Positions 19,698 through 29,904 of a stretch of 64,000 nucleotides of DNA are shown here, in pieces. Origin of the DNA: an uncultured delta proteobacterium (GTDB lineage Bacteria > Desulfobacterota > Zymogenia > Zymogenales > Zymogenaceae). Where the stretch lies: assembly GCA_963792965.1 (NCBI GenBank), contig CAWBYW010000009.1, positions 160,001 to 224,000 on the forward strand, in the 5' to 3' direction. The notes beneath the pieces are model-generated. The model did no database searches. It saw only the letters and a list, made by a program, of their open reading frames with translations, and was not told where the DNA came from. The translations under genes were made by a program, and so were the position numbers. Every line of letters starts with the position of its first letter. The stretch's first letter is position 1.

Positions 19698-22439
19698 GTG
19701 GACCGGATCATCAAGATCAATATCCGCTACGCCACACCAGGGGCTTTTATCGCCCAGTACCGGGCAAATATCGCCAATGCCCGGTTCGTGCTCTCGTCTG
19801 CCCAGACACTACCCATCGGCACCCCGGCCGAGCTGATCATGTCCATCCCCGGATTTACGGGGCCGTTCGTGATCACCGGGATGGTGCAGTCGGTCTTCGA
19901 GCAGAGGCCCGAGCCGGGGGGCGCGGCAAAAAACGACATCCTCTTTCAGTTCGCCGGGGGGCAGCAGGATCGGCTCCGGAAACTGCGGCAGGCGCTCACC
20001 AATCATCGAGACTACGGTTCCCTCATGGGATCTTCATCGACGGCCGAGGCGCGGCAAGCGCCGCAGGGCGCGCCCGCACCGGCCCGTCCTTCGGAAGGGG
20101 TAGCCGGCCCTCCACACGCCCCCGCCTCTCCCCACCGCCCGTCGTCGCTCACCGATGAACGCTTTCAGAAGATCCGGACGATCATCCGCGACCGCGATAC
20201 CGTCGCGCGGATGAAGACGGATGAAGACCAAAAGCCCGCCGCGACGACTCAGCAGACGGGAGATCGCGTCAGGAAGGACTTCTCGACCCAGGAGAGGGAC
20301 CGTCTGGAGCCGGTGTCCGGATTTATACTCGGTCTGGCCAAGGCAATGCTGCGCTCGGGCTACTACGCCCCGGAGCATCCCGGAAGCAAACAGGCCAAAG
20401 AGGGAATCTATACGGAGTTTAAACAGGCATTAGGTGACCAGCGGGATATTACGCTCACCAGCCAGGAGACACAGGGACGGTTCGACGTGATGATCCTCGG
20501 CATCCTCGAGGACCAGGTCAGCCTGCGCGCGCTCATCGGCATCGAGCAGGCGCAGATCTACATGCCCAAGCTGAAAGAGTATTATACCCGCAAGAACCTC
20601 GTGAGCTTTTCCCTCAGAAACGACCTGCCCCTGACACATTTCGAGGATTTCATCGACATTATGAGCGACCCGAAGCGCGATAGGGGCACGGAAGGTGAGG
20701 TCGGCAACGTCCTGACAAAGGCCCTCGTGGAGAAAGGAATCACCGAGGTCTCCGCCGTCTTCGTCGATGATTTGATCATCTTTGAGCTCAAGCTCCCCTG
20801 GCGCGTCGAGATGGCTATCCAGAGGCTGGCCAAAGACCTGAAGGTCCTCCCGATGTTCAAGGACAAGACGAAGGAAGAAATCCAGAATATCAAGATCCGC
20901 ATCATCCAGGATATCATCCGGCCGCTGAGGGAGCCCCACATGCTCAAGGATATCGTCGTCAACGCCCACATCATCGCCCGGAACGTTGCCGCCGTCGACG
21001 CACAGGACCTCGAGCAGACAATCGTCAAGACCTTCCCCATGGAGATCCTTCTGCCCACGTCGAAATACGTCTTCGAAGAGCTCGCGCGCATAAAGGAAGA
21101 GCTCACGCAGAAGCCGGATCACCAGGGACTTCTGAACCGTTTCGAGAGCGTCAAGAGGATCCTCCGCTGGATCTCCACGCGCGTGCTCCAGGAAAAGATA
21201 TCCGCCGGCGAGTCATTTTTCGAGCAGCTCTATTTTCAGAAGATATTGACCTACAAAGAGCTGCCGGAGATCGTCAGGGACCATATCGACACGATGATTC
21301 TGGTCAACGAGCTCAAGGAATATCATCCGTTTTATATGGAGAGGTTTAAGCAAGCGTCCGAGGACGAGGACGTTCTCCTCTTCTTGCGATTTTTCCGTCG
21401 AATCCTGCCGCAGCTGTTGGAGCAGCGCCTCTATGACCTCATCTCCCTCATCAACGGGACGGTGCTGGCGAAGTTTCACGACCAATCCCGTTTCACGTCG
21501 AGCTCCGTTAAGGCGCTCCAGGCCCCCATCCGTTTCATCTGGCTCGACTCCATGGATATTCTGGCCAAGCTTTTTGAGGACGAAACGAAGGAGACCCGGG
21601 GCACCATCGAAAAGATCGTCAAGCTGCTCGGACCCTACGGAGTTTCGCTCTTGGTCTATATCCTCATGGAGAGCCGGAACAAGTTCGTGCGCAAGAGCGC
21701 CGTCGAGATGCTCGTCGGTATGGGGGACTACGGGCGCATGGCCATGGTCAAGATCCTCAAGACTCCGTCCAACCACTGGTACATATACCGAAACGCCCTG
21801 GCCGCTCTTGTCAGCCTCGGCAAGCGCGAGGACGCGCCGCTGGTCGATGGATTTCTGCTCCATGAAAACCCAAGGGTGCGCGAGGAAGCGATCGCGGTCG
21901 CCGGCACGCTGGAGGGAGCTTCGGCCGAGCCGAAGCTTCTCCGGGCGCTTTCCGATTCGGACTTGGGCGTTCGCAAGCGCGCCGCCGCCTGTATGGGGCA
22001 GTCCGCGCTCAGGTCTCCCCGGGTCGTCACGGCCCTTGCCGAGATCCTCTTCATTGATGAGGAACGGCACCCCGAGTACAGGCGCGATATCCTGGAGCTC
22101 AAAGTGGAGGCGATCAACGCCCTCTCACTTATCGGAAACGAGTCCGTCTTCGGCGACAGGACGGTGGAAGAGCTCCTCATCGGCCTGATGATGCCCGAAA
22201 AGAAGTGGTCGCAGAAGCTCATGGAGAAAATCAAGCAGGTGTCCGCAAAAAAGGAAGGGAATCAGATCATGCAGGCCGCCGTCCTCAAGGCCCTCTGGAG
22301 AATGGGCACGAAGGACGCCCTCCCTCCCCTCCTTGAGCTTGCCGAAAAGGTCGACAAATCGATGGTAACCCGCGTGAAAGAGACCATCAGGCAGATTCAG
22401 ATGCGCCAGCAAGGACCGGCCCCCCGCGGCCCCGCCTGA
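19698..22439 (+). CDS. PilZ-like N-terminal domain + HEAT-repeat protein
   Basis: N-terminal FIAQYRANIA...LPIGTPAELIMSIP...ITGMV (myxobacterial-type PilZ-like), Pro/Ala linker, HEAT repeats (HENPRVREEA, DSDLGVRKRAA). Confidence 0.7.
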   Translation: MDRIIKINIRYATPGAFIAQYRANIANARFVLSSAQTLPIGTPAELIMSIPGFTGPFVITGMVQSVFEQRPEPGGAAKNDILFQFAGGQQDRLRKLRQALTNHRDYGSLMGSSSTAEARQAPQGAPAPARPSEGVAGPPHAPASPHRPSSLTDERFQKIRTIIRDRDTVARMKTDEDQKPAATTQQTGDRVRKDFSTQERDRLEPVSGFILGLAKAMLRSGYYAPEHPGSKQAKEGIYTEFKQALGDQRDITLTSQETQGRFDVMILGILEDQVSLRALIGIEQAQIYMPKLKEYYTRKNLVSFSLRNDLPLTHFEDFIDIMSDPKRDRGTEGEVGNVLTKALVEKGITEVSAVFVDDLIIFELKLPWRVEMAIQRLAKDLKVLPMFKDKTKEEIQNIKIRIIQDIIRPLREPHMLKDIVVNAHIIARNVAAVDAQDLEQTIVKTFPMEILLPTSKYVFEELARIKEELTQKPDHQGLLNRFESVKRILRWISTRVLQEKISAGESFFEQLYFQKILTYKELPEIVRDHIDTMILVNELKEYHPFYMERFKQASEDEDVLLFLRFFRRILPQLLEQRLYDLISLINGTVLAKFHDQSRFTSSSVKALQAPIRFIWLDSMDILAKLFEDETKETRGTIEKIVKLLGPYGVSLLVYILMESRNKFVRKSAVEMLVGMGDYGRMAMVKILKTPSNHWYIYRNALAALVSLGKREDAPLVDGFLLHENPRVREEAIAVAGTLEGASAEPKLLRALSDSDLGVRKRAAACMGQSALRSPRVVTALAEILFIDEERHPEYRRDILELKVEAINALSLIGNESVFGDRTVEELLIGLMMPEKKWSQKLMEKIKQVSAKKEGNQIMQAAVLKALWRMGTKDALPPLLELAEKVDKSMVTRVKETIRQIQMRQQGPAPRGPA

Positions 22440-22580
22440 CCCGGAATATCCCCCCTGCCCGCGCCATGAGTCCGGGCGCGACGGTTCTCTCACCGACCAG
22501 GCCGGGAGGCGAGCGGAAAGACCCGAGGCGACGTTTCCACGCCTCTCAGGTCGCGGCGCTCGAACCCCGCGATCGCGTTC

Positions 22581-23663
22581 TCACCCCTTCATCATTTCGA
22601 TAAACCGCTCAAGCTTTCCCTTTTTCTTGAGAATCGTCATCCCCATCTCCCGGCCGGTCGGAGAGATTTCCGGACGATTGGTGCGCGCCAAAAGCGATAT
22701 CGCCTCCGTCGGGCAGCTTCCCACGCAGACGCCGCAGCCGATGCAGCGATCCTCGGAAACCTCAGCTGCGTCATCGACCATCTCGATGGCGCCCATGGGG
22801 CACCGCTCGTCTTTGCAGACACCGCAGCCCGTGCAGAGGTCCTTGTCGATACGCGCAAAATAGGCGCTCGGCGCAAAGGCGTTGGGCATGTTGAGCTCGG
22901 TCCTGCCCCTGAGCACCGTGCAGCAGCACGGACAGCAATTACAGATCAGGTTGCCCCGGTCGGCGCTGTTGTTGGACGTATGGACGAGGCCCGCCTCCGC
23001 CGCCGTTTTCAGCACGCCGTACGCCTCCTGTTTGTCGATGGCGCGCGCATAGCCGCGGTCGACAAGAAATTGCGCCGTGGGACCGAAGACAAGGCAGGTC
23101 TCGCGCGGCTTATCGCACGCGTTCACGCTCACCCTGCAGGCGCATTCGGTCACGGCAATAAAGGAGGCCCCGTCGACAAGCGTGCGCGCCCGCTCATAGG
23201 GCAGCACCTCGCTCTTCCCCTCGATGGTCTCCTGGATCGGTACGACGCGCATGAGGGGGGTATCGGTCCCGGCGAACTCCTTGCCGAGCGCCTCGTGGTG
23301 GTAGCGCCGCCATAGCTCCCCCAGCTTCTCGTGCACCGGCTCCCCCCCGCCCTTCATGAAGGGAAACTCGAAAAGCCCGGGGATCGTCGGAAGCAGCGCG
23401 TACGAGTCCGTCCCGTCTTTTGTCCGGCTGATGATGATGGCCTTGTCGGCCATCCGCTCGAGGATCGTGACGGCCTCTTTTTCGCCAATGCCCGCCCTCC
23501 CCGCCAGGTCGGCGACGGATCTGAACGCGTAGCTCATCCCAACTGCCAGCGCCGCCTCCTCGGGGGTAAAAAGGATCCTCAGTATCTCATCGAAGGCCGC
23601 CGATTTTGGCGCCCCCGTGGGATGGATGTCAAGGATCTCCTGAAGTCGCTCGTAGGTATCCAT
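22581..23663 (-). CDS. 4Fe-4S binding protein with N-terminal HTH-like region
   Basis: CACR, ICNCCPCCC, CTGCGVC..ERCP, CIGCGVCVGSCP. Confidence 0.85.
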   Translation of the reverse strand: MDTYERLQEILDIHPTGAPKSAAFDEILRILFTPEEAALAVGMSYAFRSVADLAGRAGIGEKEAVTILERMADKAIIISRTKDGTDSYALLPTIPGLFEFPFMKGGGEPVHEKLGELWRRYHHEALGKEFAGTDTPLMRVVPIQETIEGKSEVLPYERARTLVDGASFIAVTECACRVSVNACDKPRETCLVFGPTAQFLVDRGYARAIDKQEAYGVLKTAAEAGLVHTSNNSADRGNLICNCCPCCCTVLRGRTELNMPNAFAPSAYFARIDKDLCTGCGVCKDERCPMGAIEMVDDAAEVSEDRCIGCGVCVGSCPTEAISLLARTNRPEISPTGREMGMTILKKKGKLERFIEMMKG

Positions 23664-23681
23664 GGTGCCTCCAAAGGTGTG

Positions 23682-24509
23682 TTACGTGAGATTGAAAACG
23701 CGGCGGGCGTTCTCAAACAGGAAGAGCCGCCTTCCCTCGCCCTCAAGCCCGAGGGAGCCCAGATCCGCAAGGCACTGCTCGGCCGTTACCATCGGGTAGT
23801 TGGTGCCGAACAGCACCTTCTTCTTGCCGTTCTTTTTCATGTAGGCCACCAGCTCCGCCGGGTATCGCCGGGACAGGTATGCCGAGGTGTCGATAAAGAC
23901 GTTCGGGTGCTTGGTTGCAACCGCGATCATCTCGGTCGTCCAGGGGTAGCCGATATGGCCGCAGACGATCTTCAATTCGGGAAACTCGATGGCCACCTCG
24001 TCGATATAGGGTATGGGTCTGCCCGGCTCCGAGGGACACAGGGGACCGGTGTGGCCGACCTGAAGACAGACGGGGATATCGAGGTTGACGCATTCCGCAA
24101 AGAGCGGGTAGTATCGCCGGTCGGTCGGCGGGAGGTTCCACAGCCACTGAACGATCCTCAGGCCCCGAAAACCGAGCTTCTCCACGCATCGCCTCAGCTC
24201 CCTGACGCCGTCCATGGGCCGAGAGAGATCGACGGAGGCGATGCCGATAAACCGGTCCGGGTATTGATTGATGAAGGAGGCGACCTCGTCGTTGGTGATA
24301 AGCGGGCCGTGTGGACCCCACCACGCGCAGATGAGCCCCAGACCCACCCTCGCCCGGTTCATCATCTGGACCGTGACCTCGACGGGGATCTCGGCCGACA
24401 GGGGCTGCCCCCCCGTCCACCGACGGAGCGAATCGAACATCGGCTGGTTGATGAACCGCATCGTGGGGTGTTGTATCCACGCGTCAATGATTTCAAACTG
24501 CTTATCCAT
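23682..24509 (-). CDS. Amidohydrolase family protein (Amidohydro_2)
   Basis: IIDAWIQHP, FPELKIVCGHIGYPW, NVFIDTSA, VLFGTNYP, ENARR. Confidence 0.88.
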   Translation of the reverse strand: MDKQFEIIDAWIQHPTMRFINQPMFDSLRRWTGGQPLSAEIPVEVTVQMMNRARVGLGLICAWWGPHGPLITNDEVASFINQYPDRFIGIASVDLSRPMDGVRELRRCVEKLGFRGLRIVQWLWNLPPTDRRYYPLFAECVNLDIPVCLQVGHTGPLCPSEPGRPIPYIDEVAIEFPELKIVCGHIGYPWTTEMIAVATKHPNVFIDTSAYLSRRYPAELVAYMKKNGKKKVLFGTNYPMVTAEQCLADLGSLGLEGEGRRLFLFENARRVFNLT

Positions 24510-24999
24510 TCGTACCCTCGATCTTTGTCTGAAACGTCTGATCGGCCGATTTCTTCATCTTCTCCTCGTAGGTGACGAGGTTGGCCAGGATGCGGCTCAG
24601 CTTCTCTTCAAGGTCGATGATTTCTTGCCGGTCCAGTCCCGAGAGTGCGATGTCGGCCATCTCCTGAGACACCCGGGCGTAGACGTCCCTGAGCGACCTG
24701 TCCTTATCGGTGAGCCGAATCAGGATCTCTCGGCGGTCTTCCTTTGAGGGGACGCGCGTCACCAGCCCCGCGGCCTCGAGCCGGTCAATCATCACCGTGA
24801 GCGTTGATTTGGAAAGGGACGTCTGTTGCGCCAGCTCCTGGATGGGGATGTCGTCGGTCTTCCAGAGCACAAAGAGGATCCTCCCCTGGGCGGGTGTGAT
24901 CCGGTCCAGATCGTTCTGTCTGAGGATGCCCTCGAATATCCTCCCGGACGTCTGATGGATGCGGGCGATCAAGAACGCCCCCTCGTATCTCGGCTTCAT
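24502..24999 (-). CDS. MarR family regulator
   Basis: AQGRILFVLW, KSTLTVMIDRLEAAGLV...DRREILIRLT. Confidence 0.9.
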   Translation of the reverse strand: MKPRYEGAFLIARIHQTSGRIFEGILRQNDLDRITPAQGRILFVLWKTDDIPIQELAQQTSLSKSTLTVMIDRLEAAGLVTRVPSKEDRREILIRLTDKDRSLRDVYARVSQEMADIALSGLDRQEIIDLEEKLSRILANLVTYEEKMKKSADQTFQTKIEGTNG

Positions 25000-25395
25000 G
25001 GCGCTTCCTTATCCCGCCTCAGGAGCGGCACGTCTCAAGGCGGGAGATAGTACTAACTAAAACTATACTAACTAATATTATATACCGGCTCCAATTGTAA
25101 AGCATAAAACGATTTCGAGTATCGATTTTTCCGGGTCCTTTCGTGAATTGAGCCCGAAATCCCGAACGACCGGCTCATCGCGCAAATTATCGGGCGGGCA
25201 CGTACGAAATAGCCAATCGCCGGATGTGCCGCTCCGCGGCCGCAGGGACAATCCCCGTTTTCTCCACCAAATTCTCGCGACGCGAAAAAGAGCTTGTGTT
25301 TCACACGGTTTTTTTGATAGATTTATCCGAGGTCAATATGGCCCGACGTAGACAGGCGACTTCTCCTATCGCAACCGGGAGGAAACAGGAAAGAG

Positions 25396-28062
25396 ATGAA
25401 AAAGAACTATCTGATGGCGCTGGATGTGGGCGGCGGTTCGGGCAGGTGTCTGTTGCTTGAGCCTACTACCGGCGAGGTTATCGTCGCAAAGCGGGAATGG
25501 TCCCACCCTACGGCACCCGGCACAAGTGGGCTGGGCGCAAACCTCGATGCAACGGACCTGATCAAAAAGCTCGGTGAGGCCTCAATAGAGGCGCTCAGCA
25601 AGGCGAATGCTGCGCCGCGCGATGTGATTGGGATCGCGGCCGCCAGCATGCGCAACACGACCGTGATCCTTGACCGCGCGCATAAGGTTCTTTTCGGGAC
25701 CCCGAACCGGGACGCCCGCGCCCTCGGCGAAGGGGTAACGCTCGGGCTCGAGCGGGGAAAAGAGATCCACGCGATCTCGGGCCATTGGCCCAGCCCCCTC
25801 TTTTTGGGCACGAGGCTGGTCTGGGTGAAGAACAATATGCCCGATCTATTGGCCCGTGCCGCCGTCGCGTTCTCCCTTTCCGATTGGGTCGGCATGTTTC
25901 TGTCCGGACGGGTCGCCGCCGAGACGTCCCAGGCTGGCGAGACGCTCTTGTTTGACCTGAAAAGGCGGGAGTGGGCATCTAACCTCATCGAATCCCTCGG
26001 GCTTCCGAGGGCCATATTCCCCGAGATCGTCGAGTCGGGCAGCCCCCTCGGGAAGCTGACGAAAGACGCCGCCGATGTCCTCGGGCTCGTCCCCGGCATA
26101 CCCGTGGCCGCCGGAGGCGCGGACACCCAGTGCGGACTCCTCGGCGCGGGCGCCGTGAGGTCCGGCGACTGCGCCGTGATCGCCGGCACCACGATGCCGA
26201 TCCAGATGGTGACGGATAGACTGATCCTCGACGAAACCGGCCGGCTCTGGAGCGGCCGACACGTCGTGCCGGGGCTCTGCGTGCTCGAAAGCAATGGGAT
26301 GATGACCGGCGACGTCATCGAGTGGTTTTCTCGCATTATGTACTCAGACGTCTCCGATCCGGTCCGTTCCGTCTTTGCGGACGCGTCACGTTCCGTTCCC
26401 GGGGGCTCGGGGGTCTATTCCACCTTTGGGGCGGCAGTCTTTGACGCAAGAACCCTCGGGTTGCCGGTGGGGAACCTCTCCATCTCCCCCATGGTGACAA
26501 AGGACACCTCGCACGGCCGCGCGTCGGTCGCCCGGGCGCTCATCGAGGGGATCGCCTATTCGGCGCGCGCCAACCTCGAGCAGATCACCGCCGTCTCCGG
26601 CGCTCACGTAGAGACGCTGCACGTCTCCGGCGGGATGTCGAAAGACGCGCTCTGGACCCGGATCGTGGCCGACGTGACCGGCATCCCGGTCCTCGTTCCT
26701 ACCACTTCCGAGGTCACGGCCCTCGGCGCGGCGATCCTGGCCGGTGTCGGCGCGGGCGTCTTTACCAACCCCGCCGGCGGCTCGGAGAAAGTCACAAAGA
26801 TCGTTCGGGAAGACCGTCCGGGCGATTCGTCGCAAAAATACCAGGGCCTCTACGCCGGCTGGCGCGAGGCCCACGCGAAGCGCGCCGAGGCCGACGCCCA
26901 CGTCTCAAATCTGTTGACGATGTCCCTCTTCGAGGCTACGCCCTCGGCCGCCCGGGCCGCCGATCCCTCTTTCCGGCCGAAAATCCTCGTCACCGCGTCG
27001 ATGGACGAGGCCGCCCTCGAGGAGCTCGCGAGAATCGGTGACATTACCTACGCCGACTGGAGACAGTCCATGAAGATCTACGACGGGGGCGAGAGCCTCG
27101 CGCAGGCCGTCTCGGGCTGTCATGTCCTGATCACGGAGATGGATATCGTCGACCTTGAGGCGATCAAATCTTCGCCGGACCTGAGGATGATTATCACGTG
27201 CCGCGGCAACGCCGTCAACGTCGACCTCTCGTCCGCAACCGCTTTCGGTATCCCGGTGGTCAACACCCCCGGCAGAAACGCCGACGCCGTGGCGGACCTG
27301 GCCGTCGCATTCATGGTGATGCTCGCCCGGAAAATGCCGTCGTCCGCCGATTTCCTCAAAACCGGCTCCATAAAGGCCGGGGACATGGGGAAGATGGGCG
27401 AGGCGTACCTTAAGTATCAGGGAAGCGAGCTCTGGAGAAAGACCGTGGGCCTGGTCGGGCTGGGGAGCGTCGGCCGTTGCGTCGCAAGGAGGCTTGCGCC
27501 CTTCGGCGCTCGGGTTATCTTTTATGACCCCGCAGTGAGCGCTGATGACGCGGCGCTCTTCTCGGCCGAAAAGGTCTCGTTTGAGGAGCTGTTGTCCGTA
27601 AGCGATTTCGTCAGCCTCCATGCCCCCGCGATCGCGGCGACAAAGGGGATGATGAACCGCGACTCCTTCGGACGCATGAAACAGGGGGCCTTCTTCATTA
27701 ATACGGCCCGTGCCTCCCTTGTGGACGACGACGCCCTGTTTGAGGCCCTGGACTCCGGCCGGCTTTCCGGCGCGGCGCTCGACGTCTTTTCAGTGGAGCC
27801 GCCCGGGTCCGACGATCGGATCGTGTCGCATCCGAGCGTCATCGTCACCCCTCATCTGGGCGGCAATACAACCCAGATCGCGGCCCATCAGGGGACGATC
27901 GCGGCCTCCGAGCTCAGAAAGCTCCTCTCCGGCTCCCCGCCCGACTATATCCTCAACCCCGGGGTGCTGGCGACCTTCGCCTTTTCGGGGCCCCGCCGCC
28001 TGCCCGACGACCGCGAGCTCGAAAGGCTCTCACGCAATAAGCGCCCCACCATGACCTCATGA
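25396..28062 (+). CDS. FGGY/LsrK-like carbohydrate kinase fused to D-isomer-specific 2-hydroxyacid dehydrogenase
   Basis: YLMALDVGGGSGR, SMR, GGADTQCG, SGGMS, EVTALGAA (kinase); NTPGRNADAVA, GLVGLGSVG, INTARASLVD, DVFSVEP, TPHLGG (dehydrogenase). Confidence 0.88.
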   Translation: MKKNYLMALDVGGGSGRCLLLEPTTGEVIVAKREWSHPTAPGTSGLGANLDATDLIKKLGEASIEALSKANAAPRDVIGIAAASMRNTTVILDRAHKVLFGTPNRDARALGEGVTLGLERGKEIHAISGHWPSPLFLGTRLVWVKNNMPDLLARAAVAFSLSDWVGMFLSGRVAAETSQAGETLLFDLKRREWASNLIESLGLPRAIFPEIVESGSPLGKLTKDAADVLGLVPGIPVAAGGADTQCGLLGAGAVRSGDCAVIAGTTMPIQMVTDRLILDETGRLWSGRHVVPGLCVLESNGMMTGDVIEWFSRIMYSDVSDPVRSVFADASRSVPGGSGVYSTFGAAVFDARTLGLPVGNLSISPMVTKDTSHGRASVARALIEGIAYSARANLEQITAVSGAHVETLHVSGGMSKDALWTRIVADVTGIPVLVPTTSEVTALGAAILAGVGAGVFTNPAGGSEKVTKIVREDRPGDSSQKYQGLYAGWREAHAKRAEADAHVSNLLTMSLFEATPSAARAADPSFRPKILVTASMDEAALEELARIGDITYADWRQSMKIYDGGESLAQAVSGCHVLITEMDIVDLEAIKSSPDLRMIITCRGNAVNVDLSSATAFGIPVVNTPGRNADAVADLAVAFMVMLARKMPSSADFLKTGSIKAGDMGKMGEAYLKYQGSELWRKTVGLVGLGSVGRCVARRLAPFGARVIFYDPAVSADDAALFSAEKVSFEELLSVSDFVSLHAPAIAATKGMMNRDSFGRMKQGAFFINTARASLVDDDALFEALDSGRLSGAALDVFSVEPPGSDDRIVSHPSVIVTPHLGGNTTQIAAHQGTIAASELRKLLSGSPPDYILNPGVLATFAFSGPRRLPDDRELERLSRNKRPTMTS

Positions 28063-28122
28063 CAAAGGAATATCTCCGGCGAAAAGCAGGCCGAGAGACT
28101 TGATAGAAGGAGAAAACAGACT

Positions 28123-28803
28123 ATGGGAAAATACGACGGTTATCAGAAAGAGGTGCTCGGGGCCAGCCTCTGGCTCTCGGATCACGGCTACTTCGGGTCA
28201 CTGCGGGGAACTGGCGGCAACGTCTCGGTACGTGTGGATAATGAGCCCGCCATGGTTATCACCCCGTCTTCGGTGAAATACCATGAGCTGGCGGCATTGG
28301 ATATTTGCGTGGTGGGATTTGACCTGACGGTCCTGGAGGGTACGCATAACCCATCGGTCGAATCGGGTATGCACGGCATCATCTATCAGAAGCGCCCCGA
28401 CGTCAACGCCGTCGTCCATACCCACCAGATCTTTGGGAGCGTCTTCGCCCTCATCAAGGAGCCGATCCCGGCCCTCTTCGATGAGGTCGGTTTTACCCTC
28501 GGCGAGACGGTGGACGTGGTTCCCTACGGGCTCTCCGGGAGCAAGGACCTGGTCAATAACGTCGCGGGAAAGCTCGACAACAATGCCAACGCCTACATTA
28601 TCCAGAACCACGGGATCATCGCCCTCGGCAAGACCCTCGACAAGGCGCTGCTCGCCGCCGAGCTCTTGGAGAAGGTCGCCCACATATACTGCCTGGCGCT
28701 GGCAACCGGCAAGCCGGTCACGACGCTGCCGCAGCCGACCGTCGATATGGTCAAGGGGATGAGAACCTACGAGGTCACCGAGGCCAAAAAGAAGAAGGGA
28801 TAA
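28123..28803 (+). CDS. Class II aldolase/adducin family protein (FucA-like)
   Basis: GGNVSVR, ITPS, PSVESGMH, AVVHTH, QNHG (Zn ligands). Confidence 0.88.
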   Translation: MGKYDGYQKEVLGASLWLSDHGYFGSLRGTGGNVSVRVDNEPAMVITPSSVKYHELAALDICVVGFDLTVLEGTHNPSVESGMHGIIYQKRPDVNAVVHTHQIFGSVFALIKEPIPALFDEVGFTLGETVDVVPYGLSGSKDLVNNVAGKLDNNANAYIIQNHGIIALGKTLDKALLAAELLEKVAHIYCLALATGKPVTTLPQPTVDMVKGMRTYEVTEAKKKKG

Positions 28804-28876
28804 AAATAAAGCGGGGGCGCCCTGCGCCCCCGTCGGTCTTTGTGAGGTACTTCCCCACACGGTTGGATGTGAGCCG

Positions 28877-29344
28877 TCAGACCCTCTTCTTTTCCTTGTC
28901 TGGGCCCGCTTTACCGGCTTTCTTCAGATACTCCTCGAAAGCGGCCTTGCCTTCGTCGTGCCAGAACCGCTTATAGTTGTGCCACCACATCATCGTGTCG
29001 TTGACGTGCTCTCCCCGGCCCATGTCGCCGCACCAGTCGTGGTGGTGCCTGAACCCATGGCCCCAGTGCGGGCCACCGTGCCACCGGCGGCCGTGAATGC
29101 CCAGCGTGCCCAGAAGCAGCCGCGCCAGGATCATGAGCCCGAACGCCTGCCAGTAGCCGATCTGCCCGATGCCGAAGATTCCCGGCATAAGCAGGTTCCA
29201 GAGCCACATGACGACAACCGCCAGGACAAGCGCGAAGAGGACCACGAAGCACAGCCTCACAAAGACGCTGCCGATAAACCTCATCGCCCTGCCGAACCGG
29301 CTGGACCCGTGCCGCCCGCACCTTTCTTCATTCTTTTCGTTCAT
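28877..29344 (-). CDS. His-rich two-TM hypothetical membrane protein
   Basis: Start MNEKNEE overlaps ECF stop (ATGA); VMWLWNLLMPGIFG...YWQAFGL; HGGPHWGHGFRHHH. Confidence 0.7.
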   Translation of the reverse strand: MNEKNEERCGRHGSSRFGRAMRFIGSVFVRLCFVVLFALVLAVVVMWLWNLLMPGIFGIGQIGYWQAFGLMILARLLLGTLGIHGRRWHGGPHWGHGFRHHHDWCGDMGRGEHVNDTMMWWHNYKRFWHDEGKAAFEEYLKKAGKAGPDKEKKRV

Positions 29345-29904
29345 ATCTCTCCTCCAAATTCTTCTTCGAGATCGGCCAGCGCGTCCCTGACCTTCGCCAG
29401 CGCACGGCTTTTTCTCGAAAGGAGTGTCCCGAGCGGGACCCCCCACTCCTCGGACAGCTCCCTGAAAGTTCTGTCATTAAACTCCGTCTCGATCACCACC
29501 GCCTTTTCCTCATCGGTGAGCGTCTCGATCGCCTCGAGGATCCGATACCGGATCTCGGCCCCGTACAGCTCGTCGAAGGCGTCCGCCGTCGAATCGGCGA
29601 TAAGGGAAATCAGCGAGAGGCTCGGATCGTCGGCCCGACCGGCGTCCAGCGAGACCGTCTCCCTTCTCTTCCTGAACAGATCGACGACCCGGTTTCTGAG
29701 CGCCTGGTAGATATAGGCCGAGAGGTCCTCGATAGGGCCGGCCACATCCAACCGCTCCATGAGGCCCACTAACACGTCCTGGACGACGTCTTCGCCGTCC
29801 CGATCGGGAGCGTCTCCGATCAGGCTCCGTACATAACCGACGAGCCGCCGCCGCTCACCCGCCCAGAAATCGGCGATCGTCTCTTTTTTCACCGCTTCCT
29901 CCAT
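29341..29904 (-). CDS. ECF RNA polymerase sigma factor
   Basis: EDVVQDV, YIYQALRNRVVDLFRK, FRELSEEWGVPLGTLLSRKSRA. Confidence 0.9.
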   Translation of the reverse strand: MEEAVKKETIADFWAGERRRLVGYVRSLIGDAPDRDGEDVVQDVLVGLMERLDVAGPIEDLSAYIYQALRNRVVDLFRKRRETVSLDAGRADDPSLSLISLIADSTADAFDELYGAEIRYRILEAIETLTDEEKAVVIETEFNDRTFRELSEEWGVPLGTLLSRKSRALAKVRDALADLEEEFGGEI

